DNA from: Owenia fusiformis
Lineage: Eukaryota
Assembly (NCBI GenBank): GCA_903813345.2
Contig: CAIIXF020000001.1
Coordinates: forward strand, 48,422,001 to 48,486,000
DNA: 64,000 nt
Reading direction: 5' to 3'
A program made the position numbers and the translations under genes. Numbering within the stretch: position 1 is the first letter of the stretch; the number at the start of each line of letters is the position of its first letter. Below are positions 1 to 13,200 of the stretch, piece after piece. The notes beneath the pieces are model-generated. The model did not search any database, was not told the DNA's origin, and was given only the letters and a program-made list of their open reading frames with translations.

Positions 1-1080
1 ATAAGTTAAAAAAGTATATATATAAGTATGACTGATTTTTTAAGGGCCATAAACTGATTTAGATAAATAAAGGCCAATATATGACTGTCAATATATATGT
101 CATTATAAGTCAATATACTTAAGTAGTTATTTTAGAATATGAGGTCCAGCTTGGTTGTTATGCCACAGAAATTTGGACCCATAAACTCAGCAGTTATTCT
201 AAAATTGCATAAACTATATTGCATATTACAAATAAAGAACTATATGAGCTGTTTTTCTTAGAAGTGGCTAAATTTCACATACTCAACAAACATTTCCCTA
301 CCCCATAGTCATCGATCAAACAATATGTAGTCTCTAAGCATTTGAATGAGAAACATTTATGACTTATTAATATCCTAAAGTGTATCACGTTAAATAAACA
401 AGGCCGCTGTAAGTAAGTAATAATTCACCTCAGGAAAATGCCCTTCTACGTGTATTTATTGAAAAGTACAGTCAGCAACACATATATAGATAAAGCTAAT
501 ATATGCATGGCAGAATACCTTGTGGTAAAACATTAAGTCTTATAGGGTATTGTGACATTTGTACTCATTCATCTAATAGTGCATATACATTTTAACTTCC
601 TTGTGTATTTTTATCACACAATTTATATGCTCACATGTTTTTTTGTAAATTCTTTTTTTTATGGGACCATGTACAATTAATGCAAGTTTGGCCTTCATGT
701 TTTTAATATAATTTTAGTATATTTAATAGAGTTCCAGAATCTGATACTATATATATATAGTATATCTATCTAACTAAGATTTTGTGATCAGTTGTTCCTG
801 ATATGTGAACAGTATCCTCTTTTTATCTTTTATATTCCAGCTCTGGTGTCTTACCACTCTTTCACTGACACTCTGTGGTACTGGGAATTTTGGACATATG
901 TGAACATGAAACCAGTAAGCAAGTACACAAGGTCCCTTGGGAAGATTACTTGATCTTGTGTAATTCTCTGCCCCCCTCAATCATCTACCTACTTCTTTTT
1001 ATCCCGAGAATGTTATGTAATGCTTTGTTTTATCTTACATGATGCACATAAGAGAATGATGTGAAACAAAAAACACCTAC

Positions 1081-1246
1081 CTGCTGGCATCGTATCATTA
1101 CATGTGTAACCTTATCCTCAGTTCTTACAGAAAGAACAAAACCTCCAGGCTGACTTTGGCTCTCACGTACAAGATAGCTGCCATTTTTGCCTCGTTCCTG
1201 AAGCGACTTTTCCGCCTCTTTTCCAGATATATGTCCATGGAACCAC
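1081..1246 (-). CDS. PTPN11: PTPN11 exon 4 (C-SH2)
   Basis: tcaag|G TGG TTC...CAG CAG|gtaggt; [13 protein letters not shown]...[32 protein letters not shown]. Confidence 0.95.
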
Positions 1247-4200
1247 CTTGAAACCACACCAATCATATTACATGTATGTATTTTCCAAAAGTTGTAAGGC
1301 AACCATGTTAAGTATATTTCATAATATGATTTTATTTATCTTTAAGAATTCATGGCCAAAATCTTAATATGTAGGTATAAATAGATCAATAGCTTATATT
1401 TAATAGCTTGTAGCTAAGTACATTTAACCTCTACTTGCATACATAAATGCAAACATGTACAATACAATTAAATCATATGTTTAACAAAAGTAGATGAACA
1501 TCATGAAAGTCACCCCCACCACCCACCCAGTTGTGGGTAAAGCTGTTACGCTGTAGTGGGCTGGTAAGCCCCAAATATACTTTCCAAAATGGTAGTTATC
1601 CCTTTTTTTAGAAAATGTTTAGTCATACATAATTAGCAACTTTGTCAAAAGTTTGGTCAAAGTTAATCATGTTTTTCAATGTTTTGGTCAAAATCTCACC
1701 ATTCTGATAACAGATATGATAGTCTTGTTATTGTCATAATTAGTAAAAAATAATCAAAAAGTTTGGGTCATTCTACCAATAAGATTGATTTATCCTATGC
1801 CAAGTAGAGTTTTAGGGAGATAAGTTGGCAAGATATATCCCGTATCCTGATTTTGAGGTTTCCATATCCAGAACCTCCATATCCCCTGCCATATCTTCCG
1901 CTTCGGTGCATATTTCCCCGCTTCACTGAAAACTCTACTTGGTATAGGATAAAGCAGTTATGTACGGTCGGTTTGGATATGGGGTTCATCCCTCGTGAGA
2001 TATGCACATCTACCTTTGGTCCCTACGGTCCCTCAGGTAGATATGCATATCTCCCTCTGGATAAACCCCATATCCAAAACCTCCCAGTACATAACCCTTA
2101 TTCATTCAATATAAAACAGTATTTTTATACTGTTTTTGGTTATAAGTTTGGCCCAAGGGCAATAATACAAATACAATCCTTTATAATATGCAAAAATTGT
2201 TTGTAACAATAAACAAATCATTGAATCCAAATGGCCTTAAATAATTCAGCGTTCTTCACACGATGATATATTGATATAAGGGTTTGACCCTGGGTTATTG
2301 TCTACATGTGTAATTGACCCCTCCTTTATACTTGGCAACACATTTAGCCTTCGAGGTCAATTTTTTTCTTAAATCAAAAAATGCGGTACAAATGTAAGTA
2401 TCACTCTGCATGTAACTATTCCATAACTGTACATGTGAATATGTTTGGCGTGTCACAGTTGCATTTTCTCATGAAGAAATAAAATATTTGCTTTGAAAGC
2501 AAAAAGGAAATGTTGCACACATAATTTCCATACAATTCAAAAGAAAGAAAATTTAACTGTTTAATTTATGCATATTGGACTGGCAGTAATAATGTCACAT
2601 ATGTGTGAATTAATTTCAAAATGCAATCAAATTAAATTTTGAACGATATTTTGAAATATGCATTTTTCAAAAAATAGAATTTTGCAAAATATTTTAAATA
2701 AGTGAAAATGACATTAACAAGAAGGATATTAAGGAATCATTTAATACTGTATCAATGATTTATCTATTTCCATAAAATGGGATTTTGTAATCCTGAGTAT
2801 CAAAGCCTATTACAGTGGTAAAGATTAAAAGGTGGATTGGATCGAGGGGATTGGATTCATGTAAAAGGTGGATTGGATCGAGAATCTTCAAAATATAGAA
2901 TTACTTAAGATTTTTTTCTATTGATCTCCCTGTCAGATTTGTGCTCTGCTCCTGTCCACAATGTCAAATAACAGATGTAATATTATTTTGCTTGGGTGGA
3001 CTAGAAGAGTGAGTGACCTGGTTCCCACTTTCTGATAACAAATAATCTTATTAATTTCAGGGTGATTTAAGGCAATTCATAAATCATAAGGCAGACTGCT
3101 TTGAAGAGCCATATCATTTGTTTTCAATCCAAAAAGAACATCTAGTAGATGGGAACATCAACACATCAATTTGAATGACAGATTTTATCAACACAGATCT
3201 ATTTATTATCTTTAGAAAGTAGATCTACGAGGGAAAGCAGTTGAATCCTTGTAGTATCCACCAACTAATTATATTGTATTTGTTGTTGTTTTGTTCTGAT
3301 TCCCCAAAGAGACCCAAGTAATCACAAAATACTTTGAAAATGGAAATTTTGCTGAGAGGAAGATCAACAGAAAAAATCTTTAAAAAAAATTCCATATTTT
3401 GAAGATTCCTGATCCAATCCACCTTTTACATGAATCCAATCCACTCGATCCAATCCACCTTTTAATCTTTACCATTACAGTAGGCTCAGAAGAGGAGAAA
3501 TCAATATAAAGTTTTGTTGCTGATAAGGTCTAAATGACATCATAAGTAACTGTCATGACCTAAATGAGAATTTCATCACTAAATGAATGGCTGGTATTTA
3601 TAAAAGCACAAAGTTCAGTGAATGGTATTTTGAGTGGGTAGCTGGATTTATATAATATATTTTTCGACTATATTCTCAGTATTCTGGTTGGTTAAGCTAA
3701 ATGAAAGGATTACCTCTACCTCAAAGATGCTAACGAAGTTATCTTTGAAAGAACAAAAATCAAGCTATTTGAAAAAATCTCCACATTCCTCATTACTTCA
3801 GTATTATTACCTTTCAGTGGTAGGATCCGCTGAGTTAAGTGGGTATTTAAGTTCTATAATCTCCCCTCTCTTCTCCTTTAACTGGCCCTGGTTTTCAGTG
3901 TAATGCTGCACCAACTCAGCTAGAGTAGCAAACTTCTCTCCTCCATACAGGTCATAGAAGTCACCAGTGTTCTGGATCTTTATGTGAGTTACTTCAACCT
4001 TACGCCTGTAACAATTACAAAAGGTTTGTTAAGTCTTTTTGGAGAAAAAATAGATTCATAAAAGTTTCTAAGGGCTTTGAAAGCCCATGATGTTACATAA
4101 AATGGACATAAAATATTTCATTGAACTATTTTTAGAACCAAAGTTGTCAAAAGTGAACCCCTTGGAATTTTCCAATGGGGGTTGGGAAAGCCTGGCTACG

Positions 4201-7200
4201 GGCCTGCATATGTCTTTTAGGTTAAGAAGTTTCAATAAACAGTATACTGATACATTTGACAAGGTAAAGATAATGTTGATGCTATTCACATTTTTTCTGT
4301 ATTGCAATGACTAAACTAAACTTTGAAGAATGAGATATTTCATAATTTTCCAGTTTGCCATGGTGAGCAAGATGCATAATTTAATATTTATAGTTCAAAT
4401 TAAGAATCTGATGACAAGCACTTTTATTTAGTCAACAAGAGAATAAAAGTTTACCTGACGGACAAAGTAAAATCTCCAGGATTACTTTTGCTAGGTCTTG
4501 CCAGGAAGCTGCCATCAAATCCCTTCTCCAACAGAAGTTTCTCTGCCTCTAAGCCAGTAATGTTAGGATGGAACCATCTGAAGCAAACAAAAGTATCTGA
4601 TACAACATGTACATTGTATAGTTTACAGTCTTGGTGTAAAGACATTGCTGCACCATATTACAAATTATCATTGAGCCTTGAGGTAATTTTCCACGGTGTA
4701 TTTATGTCTTCAAATCTCTGAAAATGAGAAATTTTACAAGTAAATTTTCTATTAATTACAATACAAACCTATTCCATGACATATGCTAATACCCCTAATT
4801 TGGAAAAATGGGCAAGTCCAAAAACAACAGGATAACCTGAATCCTTCTAGGTCAACTGACCTAACACCCCTTTATATGCTATAACTTCATAATTGTACGC
4901 AGTAAAACTTAAAAATACTGCGGGGAGGCCGGGTGGGCCTATGGTCATGGAATAGGTTTGTATTGTAATTAATAGAAAATTTACTTGTAAAATTTCTCAA
5001 TTACATACAATCCAACCTATTCCATGACATATGCTGAATCAAAAGTAAAGGAGGTGGGATCCCGATTAAGCCAAAAGTATAATAAATAAATATACACAAG
5101 TACTTATAATAAAAAGTAAATTCATATTACCAAAAAGTACTCTGATCTCACAAACCATAGTGATCCCTAGTAGAACAGCCACCGTCATCCATTGTAGGGC
5201 AGAGGCTGTGACACATCTGTATAACTGTTATTGTCCTATCATAGTGAGCAGTCTTAGCCATCTAAGGGTAATGACAAACTCCTATGAATAGAGACTGGTT
5301 AACCAAGAATGGGCCGTTTAACCAAACGAGGCAACCTTGCAGTTCTTCAAGGGTCCAGGTCACAAGCTAGTTGAGTTGAACCCTTCTGCAAAACAGTTCA
5401 GCTACACATCTGGGAGACTGTATGTCCTTTCACAGTGAGTATCCTTACCCATCTAAGGGTTGCGAATAACTCCTATGAACAGAACTGGTTAGCCAAGGAT
5501 GGGCCGTTTAACCAAACGAGGCAACCTTGTAGTTCTTCAAAGGTCCAGGTCACAAGCTGGTTGAGTTGAACCCTTCTGCAAAACAGTTCCACTTACACAA
5601 GAACTGGATAGACAAGGAATGGCTGTGTACAAGATAAAGACAAACCAAGTCCACCCAGTATTACTTCCAATCACCAGACTACAGTGCAATACTGAGTTGG
5701 TAACAAGTTGCAGAGTACTTAAAGTTGTATATAGTTCTTGAAGCTGTAGACCCACCTGCAGCTTGGATGAGATATACATGAGTTAATCCAAGCCATTGTT
5801 GTAGTTCTTGTCAGTGTAGACAAAGGCATCATCCTTTCATCCATTGGAATTCTAGGAAACTGCCAAATAAATCAACTACCATGAGTTACAGCACAGGGTC
5901 CTAAAGGAACCAGTCTTGCATACAAAGTGAGGTGGAACACACTACATCTGTCTTGTCACTGCTCTCAGAGTTGGTTGTTAGTTGAATAAACATCAAGTCT
6001 GGACCAGCGATGATCATAAGGCCGTTTCAGCCAACTTGTAGAATGGTTTAACGACAAAGAACAATACCACTACACATCTGCTAAGTGCTTCTTGTCTTTT
6101 GGATCCATAACAAAGTTACATGGAGCAAGACACCTCCGTAGACCCAGCCAGTCGAGGTTGGTACAGTCATCAGATAACTACAAGGATAAGTCAAACCATC
6201 TTCTTTGTAGTACCAATTAGTATTCATCATAGAACAGATCAACCATTACTGCTGACCTGGGCAAGAAGAGACATCTTCCATCTGGCCAAAACAAGTTGTT
6301 CAATGGACAAACTAGTGCATCTAGACAGTCTATCCATCTGTATAAAAACTGTAACACAGCTACCCTAGTAGACACAGTGGCACATCAAGCACAAAGTAGT
6401 ACAGCATAGAGGTCCATACTTATCTATAAAGGATTAGTATGGAGATGAATCTAAAGGTGGTTGGAAACAAGCTTGCATTTGTTGGTAAACTTCTTAGACA
6501 TCTTTAAGATGAGGATATCACTGTTATGATTGTCTATAGTGGCCATAGCATAACAGAAAGTATTCTACTGCCATCAAAGCACTGGTAAGTGTTGTTCCCA
6601 CAAAGAGCTTGGCTTGGAATGCAACCTTCAATTGTTGTATTCGGCATTGTAGTTGATAAACTATTGGATTGTGGTTAGAACATCCATCTGTCCAGGTTGT
6701 AAACAGCAAACATCATAGCTAGTGCTGCATATTGACAGAATACTGCAGAAGAATTCAGAAACTCACTGGATCAACAAAATTCTTGGCCTGGAACCAAAAA
6801 CTTTAAATGTTCTTCGCAGGCTTGCAAAAGACAGACTAGTGGTATCTTCAATGGATAGTACATCTATCTGTCTTAAGAGTATAACAGCATTGAACGTAGA
6901 TACTGCTACAAAAGGAAGCACTACTAGTATAGTATGAGAGTATAGTAGTGCTAGATCCACCAAAATCTGTGTCCAAAAACGTAACCTTTAAATTCATCCA
7001 GGTTTTTAGTTGGCAGCACTGGTTGACAAGAATAGTCAGCTTTTCTCCCGGGTCTGTCTAAAGCTACCAAGAGCATACATCATGGATGTAGGTGTATTGG
7101 AACACTACAGTATGTAGTAAGGTAGTGCTGGATCCACAAAGTTCTTGACTTGGAGCATAACCTTTGTAGATCAAATTTGGCTTGTAGTTGAAACTCTAGT

Positions 7201-10200
7201 ATCAACAGGATATACATCAGGCCCGCATGGTCATCGAAGTACTACTGCATGTGTCTACCAGTCAATGTTGGATCCATACAACACTTGGTCCAAGAACATT
7301 ACTTTTCAGTAGTCTTAAGCCAAACTTGCAGTTGCTCAAGGGAAAAAACTATATCTTAAAACATGATAAGTTTATCCAATGGTTAAAACTTCCAGCCTTT
7401 TACTAGTTAAATAGTAGTATAAGTACTATGAACTAGTAATAATATAAAACCAAATGAAGTCTGGACTGGAGTGAAACCTAAAGCAAACCAGGCCCAAAAA
7501 GCCCGAGATTAATTCCACAAATAAAGTGACTTGTAGTTTCTCAATGGAAAAAACGATATCATAAAACATGATTAGTTTGTCCAATTGGTTAATTCTACCA
7601 GCCTGTTCTAGTTAAGTAGTAGTATACCAGGCCCGTAGCCAGGGGGGGTTCGGGGGGTTCGGGCGAACCCCCCCCCTGGCCAAAATTTCTTTCAAAATCA
7701 TGCAGTTTTTCACCATTCTGACTACTTTTTAAGTGATTTTTGGCCATATTTGCCAAAGTGAACCCCCCCCTAGAATTTTTTAGAAAAACGAACCCCCCCT
7801 TGGAAAATTCTGGCTACGGGCCTGTATACGTACTATGAACATGAACTAGTAATAAAATAAGACCAAAAGGAGTCTGGAAGTGGAGTGATACCTGAAGGCA
7901 ATCCAGGCCCAAAGACCACAAAGATGAATTCCACAATAAAAGTGACTCGCATTTTCTCAGGGGAAAATACTATATCAAAAGAAACATGGTCAGTTTATCC
8001 AAGTGGTTAAAACTACCATGCTTTTACTAGTTAAAAAGTAGTATTAGTACTATGAACATGAACTAGTAAAAATATAAGACCAAATGAAGTCTGGAACTGG
8101 AGTGAAACCTTAAGGCAATCCAGGCCCGAAAACCACAAAGGCAACTTTCACAATCGAAGGGATGTGTTTTCAATATTAGATGAAAACCACCTTGTTTGAA
8201 AATAATAACCAATCACGAATGAATAAGTAATATGGTTATGAATAAGAACGACAAAGAAAGAAAACAGGCTCCAGATAATAAAAATGAGAGCCCATCACTT
8301 AGAAGCATGTTCAAAACACAAGATTCATAGTATAAAGAACCTGAACCGATGCGTAGAATCCTCTCTTCTACTGTTGATTGAATAAAATAAAATTATATTT
8401 CAATCAATTGACTCATGATCTGATCAATTTAAGACAAGATTCAAACATGTGTGAAGGTACACCGCTTATAAAGAAACATATAGTTACTTAGAAAATATGC
8501 ATGAAACCAATCAATACCAGAAAAGGAGTGATTGATAAGTAGCTGTTCAAAAGTATGAAGCATATTTTAAGGTGAGCCACTCCATAAAAAACTGTGGTTA
8601 GGGTAAAACTAACCAAAAGATTCTAAGACATAGAGTGGATCTGAGATATGTAGATAAACAATAATGTAGATCTCCATAAAGAGACACAAAAGTACAAACA
8701 AACAAAAACAAAAAACTTAGTAAAAATTATCCTTGTAAAATTAAAAATAATGAAACAAGATTTGAACACCAAGATATCCAAAATGATTGTAGAACAGACA
8801 TCCTATGCCCTGGTATAAATAAAGAATGAATATGTTGTGACCAGAAGGCATTAATGAGCCATTAAATGTATCTTAAAGTAAGGCTTCTGTAAACTAACTA
8901 ATTTTACACGAATGTAAAATTAGACCTAAAGTAAGTTGATGAATAAGAAATACAAAAGTAATTTGCTGAGTGTATCTGTAAGCAGAAAACAAACAGAACA
9001 TAGAAAACAAGTGATGTGAAGAGTAGCAAGTGAATGAAACGTTCACATCTCTTAAAATGTCAAAAAACTAATATTTTAAATTAATTGACTGCTAAACCAC
9101 ACAATTCCATAAGGTGCTGGAACCAAGAACCCTACAAAAGGGTGTAAAGTGATTGTGAATAAAGATGAGAATTAACTACATCTAGGAACAATGCAGATTC
9201 AATCCAACTGAAAAATATGTTATCTAGTCAAGCTAGTTACTAAACTAGAAACAAAGTTAAGACTAATTCCCGACTAATAAAAAGTAAGAAAAAGAAACAA
9301 GAAAGATCAGCAAAAAGATCTTTCAATACAAGTAAAGTGTAATAAAAATTTACACTCATCAATCAGTAGAGTTCTTAGAAAAACTCCACCTATTCATAAT
9401 CCCTGAACACAACATTTCAAAAAAAGAAAACACTGTTCAGTGGATAAGCACAGCTTGAATGTAATGATTACTGAGTGAAAAACTAAGGAATAGTCATTCA
9501 AAGCAATGAACTCCAACAAAGCTACTGTAGGTGCATGAATAAGGGGAATAACCTTATGAACCTAGAAGGTCATCATTACAAAATATACTACACAAAAGTA
9601 TAGTCATGAACTCAAAGGATTAGAACCCTAGGGCTAGTAAAAGTATACTAGTATAGGGTTGAAGAGTAAAGGTCCCTTATAGGAAGGTACAAGTATGAGT
9701 GAAAAACCTTTACAAAAAAAGATAATACAAGCCAGTAGGGGTCAAATAAAGTTCAACTGGGTCTGAACTTATTGTCCCAAAGACAAGCTAGGCTAACCTA
9801 AAATTGACTGTTAGGTAAACATGTTGCTTGAAAATAAAATCCATGGAAGGATTTCCTAAAAACTGACCTGTTTCTAGTGTTAGAAGTACACTAAAATACA
9901 ACCACAAATGAGCTCACTGCACTGAAGAATGACTTGTGACTCTGTCCAAGTACCTTCTGCTGCTGAGGAGGCCCTGCTGAGGTATAGTCTTGAAGATCTA
10001 CCATGGGATGGTGGGCACCAACTCCCTCAGTAAACTGCTACTCACGTTGTGCATGCTTCTAATATGCACCTTGCTGTCCCAAAGATTGGCTACTTGGTCA
10101 TCTGTGCCAGTTCAGATTGTAGATTTCCGACTTCTGTAGACTATCACGTTGACTAGGTTCCCGTAACAATCTGGTAACCCCTAGTCCTGCATTTATCTGC

Positions 10201-13200
10201 CATAAATTTACCAATTATCTAAGAAAACTTCTAGCAGATAGAGTAAAAACTGGACTCTAAAATTTTTTCCACTTTTCCATACATAGGCAAGTACAATTAT
10301 GAAGTTATAGCATATAAAGGGGTGTTAGGTCAGTTGACCTAGAAGGATTCAGGTTATCCTGTTGTTTTTGGACTTGCCCATTTTTCCAAATTAGGGGTAT
10401 TAGCATATGTCATGGAATAGGTTGGATTGTATGTAATTACCTTCTTCCTTTGTTCATGTTGTTTCTCTTGCTTAACATTTCTTGCAGCTTCCCTGGATTG
10501 ATCAGATCTATATTAAAGCATGTTTGCTGACCAACCATAGAACTTATGGGAGTATCCATCATGTTAACTACTACTGAATGTGATATTGTTTGCCCGGTTC
10601 AAGCTTTGAAATGTTTTTACAAAGGAAGAAACATTCCTATATAAATATTAGAAATAAGTTTCATTTTCCTCGTTTGTTAATTAAGTTAGATGAGATCAGA
10701 TCAGGGTAATCATCATTTTCCAATTCTAAATACATATTTTGGATCCCTCTTTGTTACATCCATCTCTGCCTTTGAGATAATAATGTACACTGAATATCAG
10801 ACTGATTTGGTAGGATTCAGAATCACTTCCTTGTACATGGACTTCGTCACTGCGTTTAAGTTGAGATATTTTATTATCTTTCTGTAACAGAACTTAGCCA
10901 GCATCTACTAAAAAGTAATACCTTAGCTTATGACAATGAATTGCTTACTTTCTTCAAATGCATGCTAATAAAATTCACCAACCTTATTCTTCGCCACATT
11001 TTTCCATTAAATCTAATGGCTGACAAAATCTAAAACCAGCCACGTTCAAATGTTAACTGAATCGTAATCCGATGTGGTTAGACTTGCGAGAAAGCAGTAT
11101 TTCAGTATAGCATTGACTTCTACTACATTAATTTGATGTCTACAATGAATTTATGAGTGAGACCTATTAGACGGATATAGCTGAAGGGGTCAATTACGAA
11201 ACAGCTATAATCACCGTTATCATGTTGTTTTTTACTGACTTGGTAGAAAAAGGTAATAGTGTCTACAAAGAGCTCATTATCTACATATAACTAAGTCTTT
11301 ATTCTTTGTATTTTAATAAATGAAATATATAGATTTTGACTTGTTTGGCTTGCACTATTGATGAATGTTTTCAGTTAATAGCTGCTATGAATTTCTCTGG
11401 TATAATGTCATTTAACCAGATTCTATGTTTTTTGCAGATGAAACTGTTCATCGATTTTATGATTATATCTCCAATCATCCAATGTTATAGATTAGTTACC
11501 AAGGTGCCAGAAGGTAGTTACCAGTTTCACCACAAAGGGGCTAATTCAGATCAAATAATGTGGAAGATATAGGAACAGTTCCTCTAAACTTCAATTTTCA
11601 TTACTAAGATTTATGGATCAATTTACAACCTTTTTTTTGAGTATCACAATAACTACTATAAAATTGAAAATAAGTCTATAAAGCAAAATCTTATCTGTCT
11701 TACACAAAAATAGATATTCCACTTTTCATGATTTTATAACATGGGCTCTATTTGGACCTTTGACCTATAAGTTACATTTCTAAAGATTTGACACTGATGA
11801 CAAAAATATCAAGATCATTTCTACCATCCTCCAAACACAGGCCTCCAGAATTCATACCTCCTTTTTGGAAGAAGGAAGGAACATAGTAGATGTCTGGAGC
11901 CCTGCATTCAGAGGATGATTTGTACTTGCATCTAGTCTATATTGAAAACACTTCTCAATAAGTGAGCCTTCCTTTTTAATAACATGATTAACATGTCACA
12001 TAATGGTGCTATTGACAGATTTTCAATAAGATCTGCATGTTTTACTTATCAGTTGCATAAGCTCTAGGATCATCCTTCTATTATCCTTCTATAAGCTTAT
12101 AAGCTTATAACAACTCTGATCAGATTGTTGTCAAATGGTTTTGTAAATTATGACTGCATTAGAATCAACAAGAACATAAAATATGACGTACATGTTTACA
12201 TATGCTGGTCATTTTAAGACCAGGGGTCAAATATCAATCCACACATCATTAATAAGTTCACCATTAAAATACATTATACAGTTGTGCATGATTGTAATTA
12301 TAAACTATTTTTAAAATAACTTTTATTTGGCCCCTTTTGTTGTGAAAGTATTGCCTTGTAATATTGTCACACGCTACTAACTTCGACCGTTAATTTGAAT
12401 TTTTGACCTACCAGATGTCTGAAAATCAAGGATTGCGAGTCTCATACTGCACCGTTTTCAATTTGTCCATGATATATGGCATATGATATATGGGCAAGAC
12501 TATGTACTAGATGTAAAATATAATAGAAATTATGCAAGTAGAGTAATCTTGGGTAACGGCATTAAACATTTAAAATTTAGTCAAAGTGATATCATATTTA
12601 AAATCCACATATAAAATTACTTAAATGGAAATGTGGTTTCAGAAATTGTTTATCAACTTTGAAAATTAATTCTTTTGAAAATGTGACTTTTAGGTTGGGG
12701 AGATTCCCCATCGACCAGATGCTATAAAATCAAAAAAAGCTAAGTATCTTTTCTTTTATTGGACAGTTAGTATTTTCTTTTACTAGACATACCGGTATTT
12801 TAAATTGTATAACTATCAGTTCAAAGTTTCAATATGATTAGTCATCTAGTATTGTTGATATGGCAACACTAAATCCAGTGCCAATTGTCCGTATGATAAC
12901 AATATGGGAGACAAATCCATGCCTAGCACACTTAAATAACCTACCACAATAAATTCCTGAGTATTTAAGATTCATTTTTTGATCCCTAAATGAGAAATTT
13001 TTCATTTCCAATAGCAATTTTTGCATGCTATCTTAACTTATATCAGCCGTTAGGCGTTATAATTCCTCCATCTATTGGAACATCCAGGCTCTGCAGCACC
13101 AAACCCGGATGTCATTACAGTACAGGGATTTTCCTTTTAAAAAAAGTTATTGCCATCTTGAAAAGAGGTGTGATCCTTCTTGGGATGTTCTCAGGACTAT

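Noticed and set aside
1795..2206. 117-aa and 70-aa ORFs
   Set aside because: They fall within a palindromic repeat element and show no protein features.
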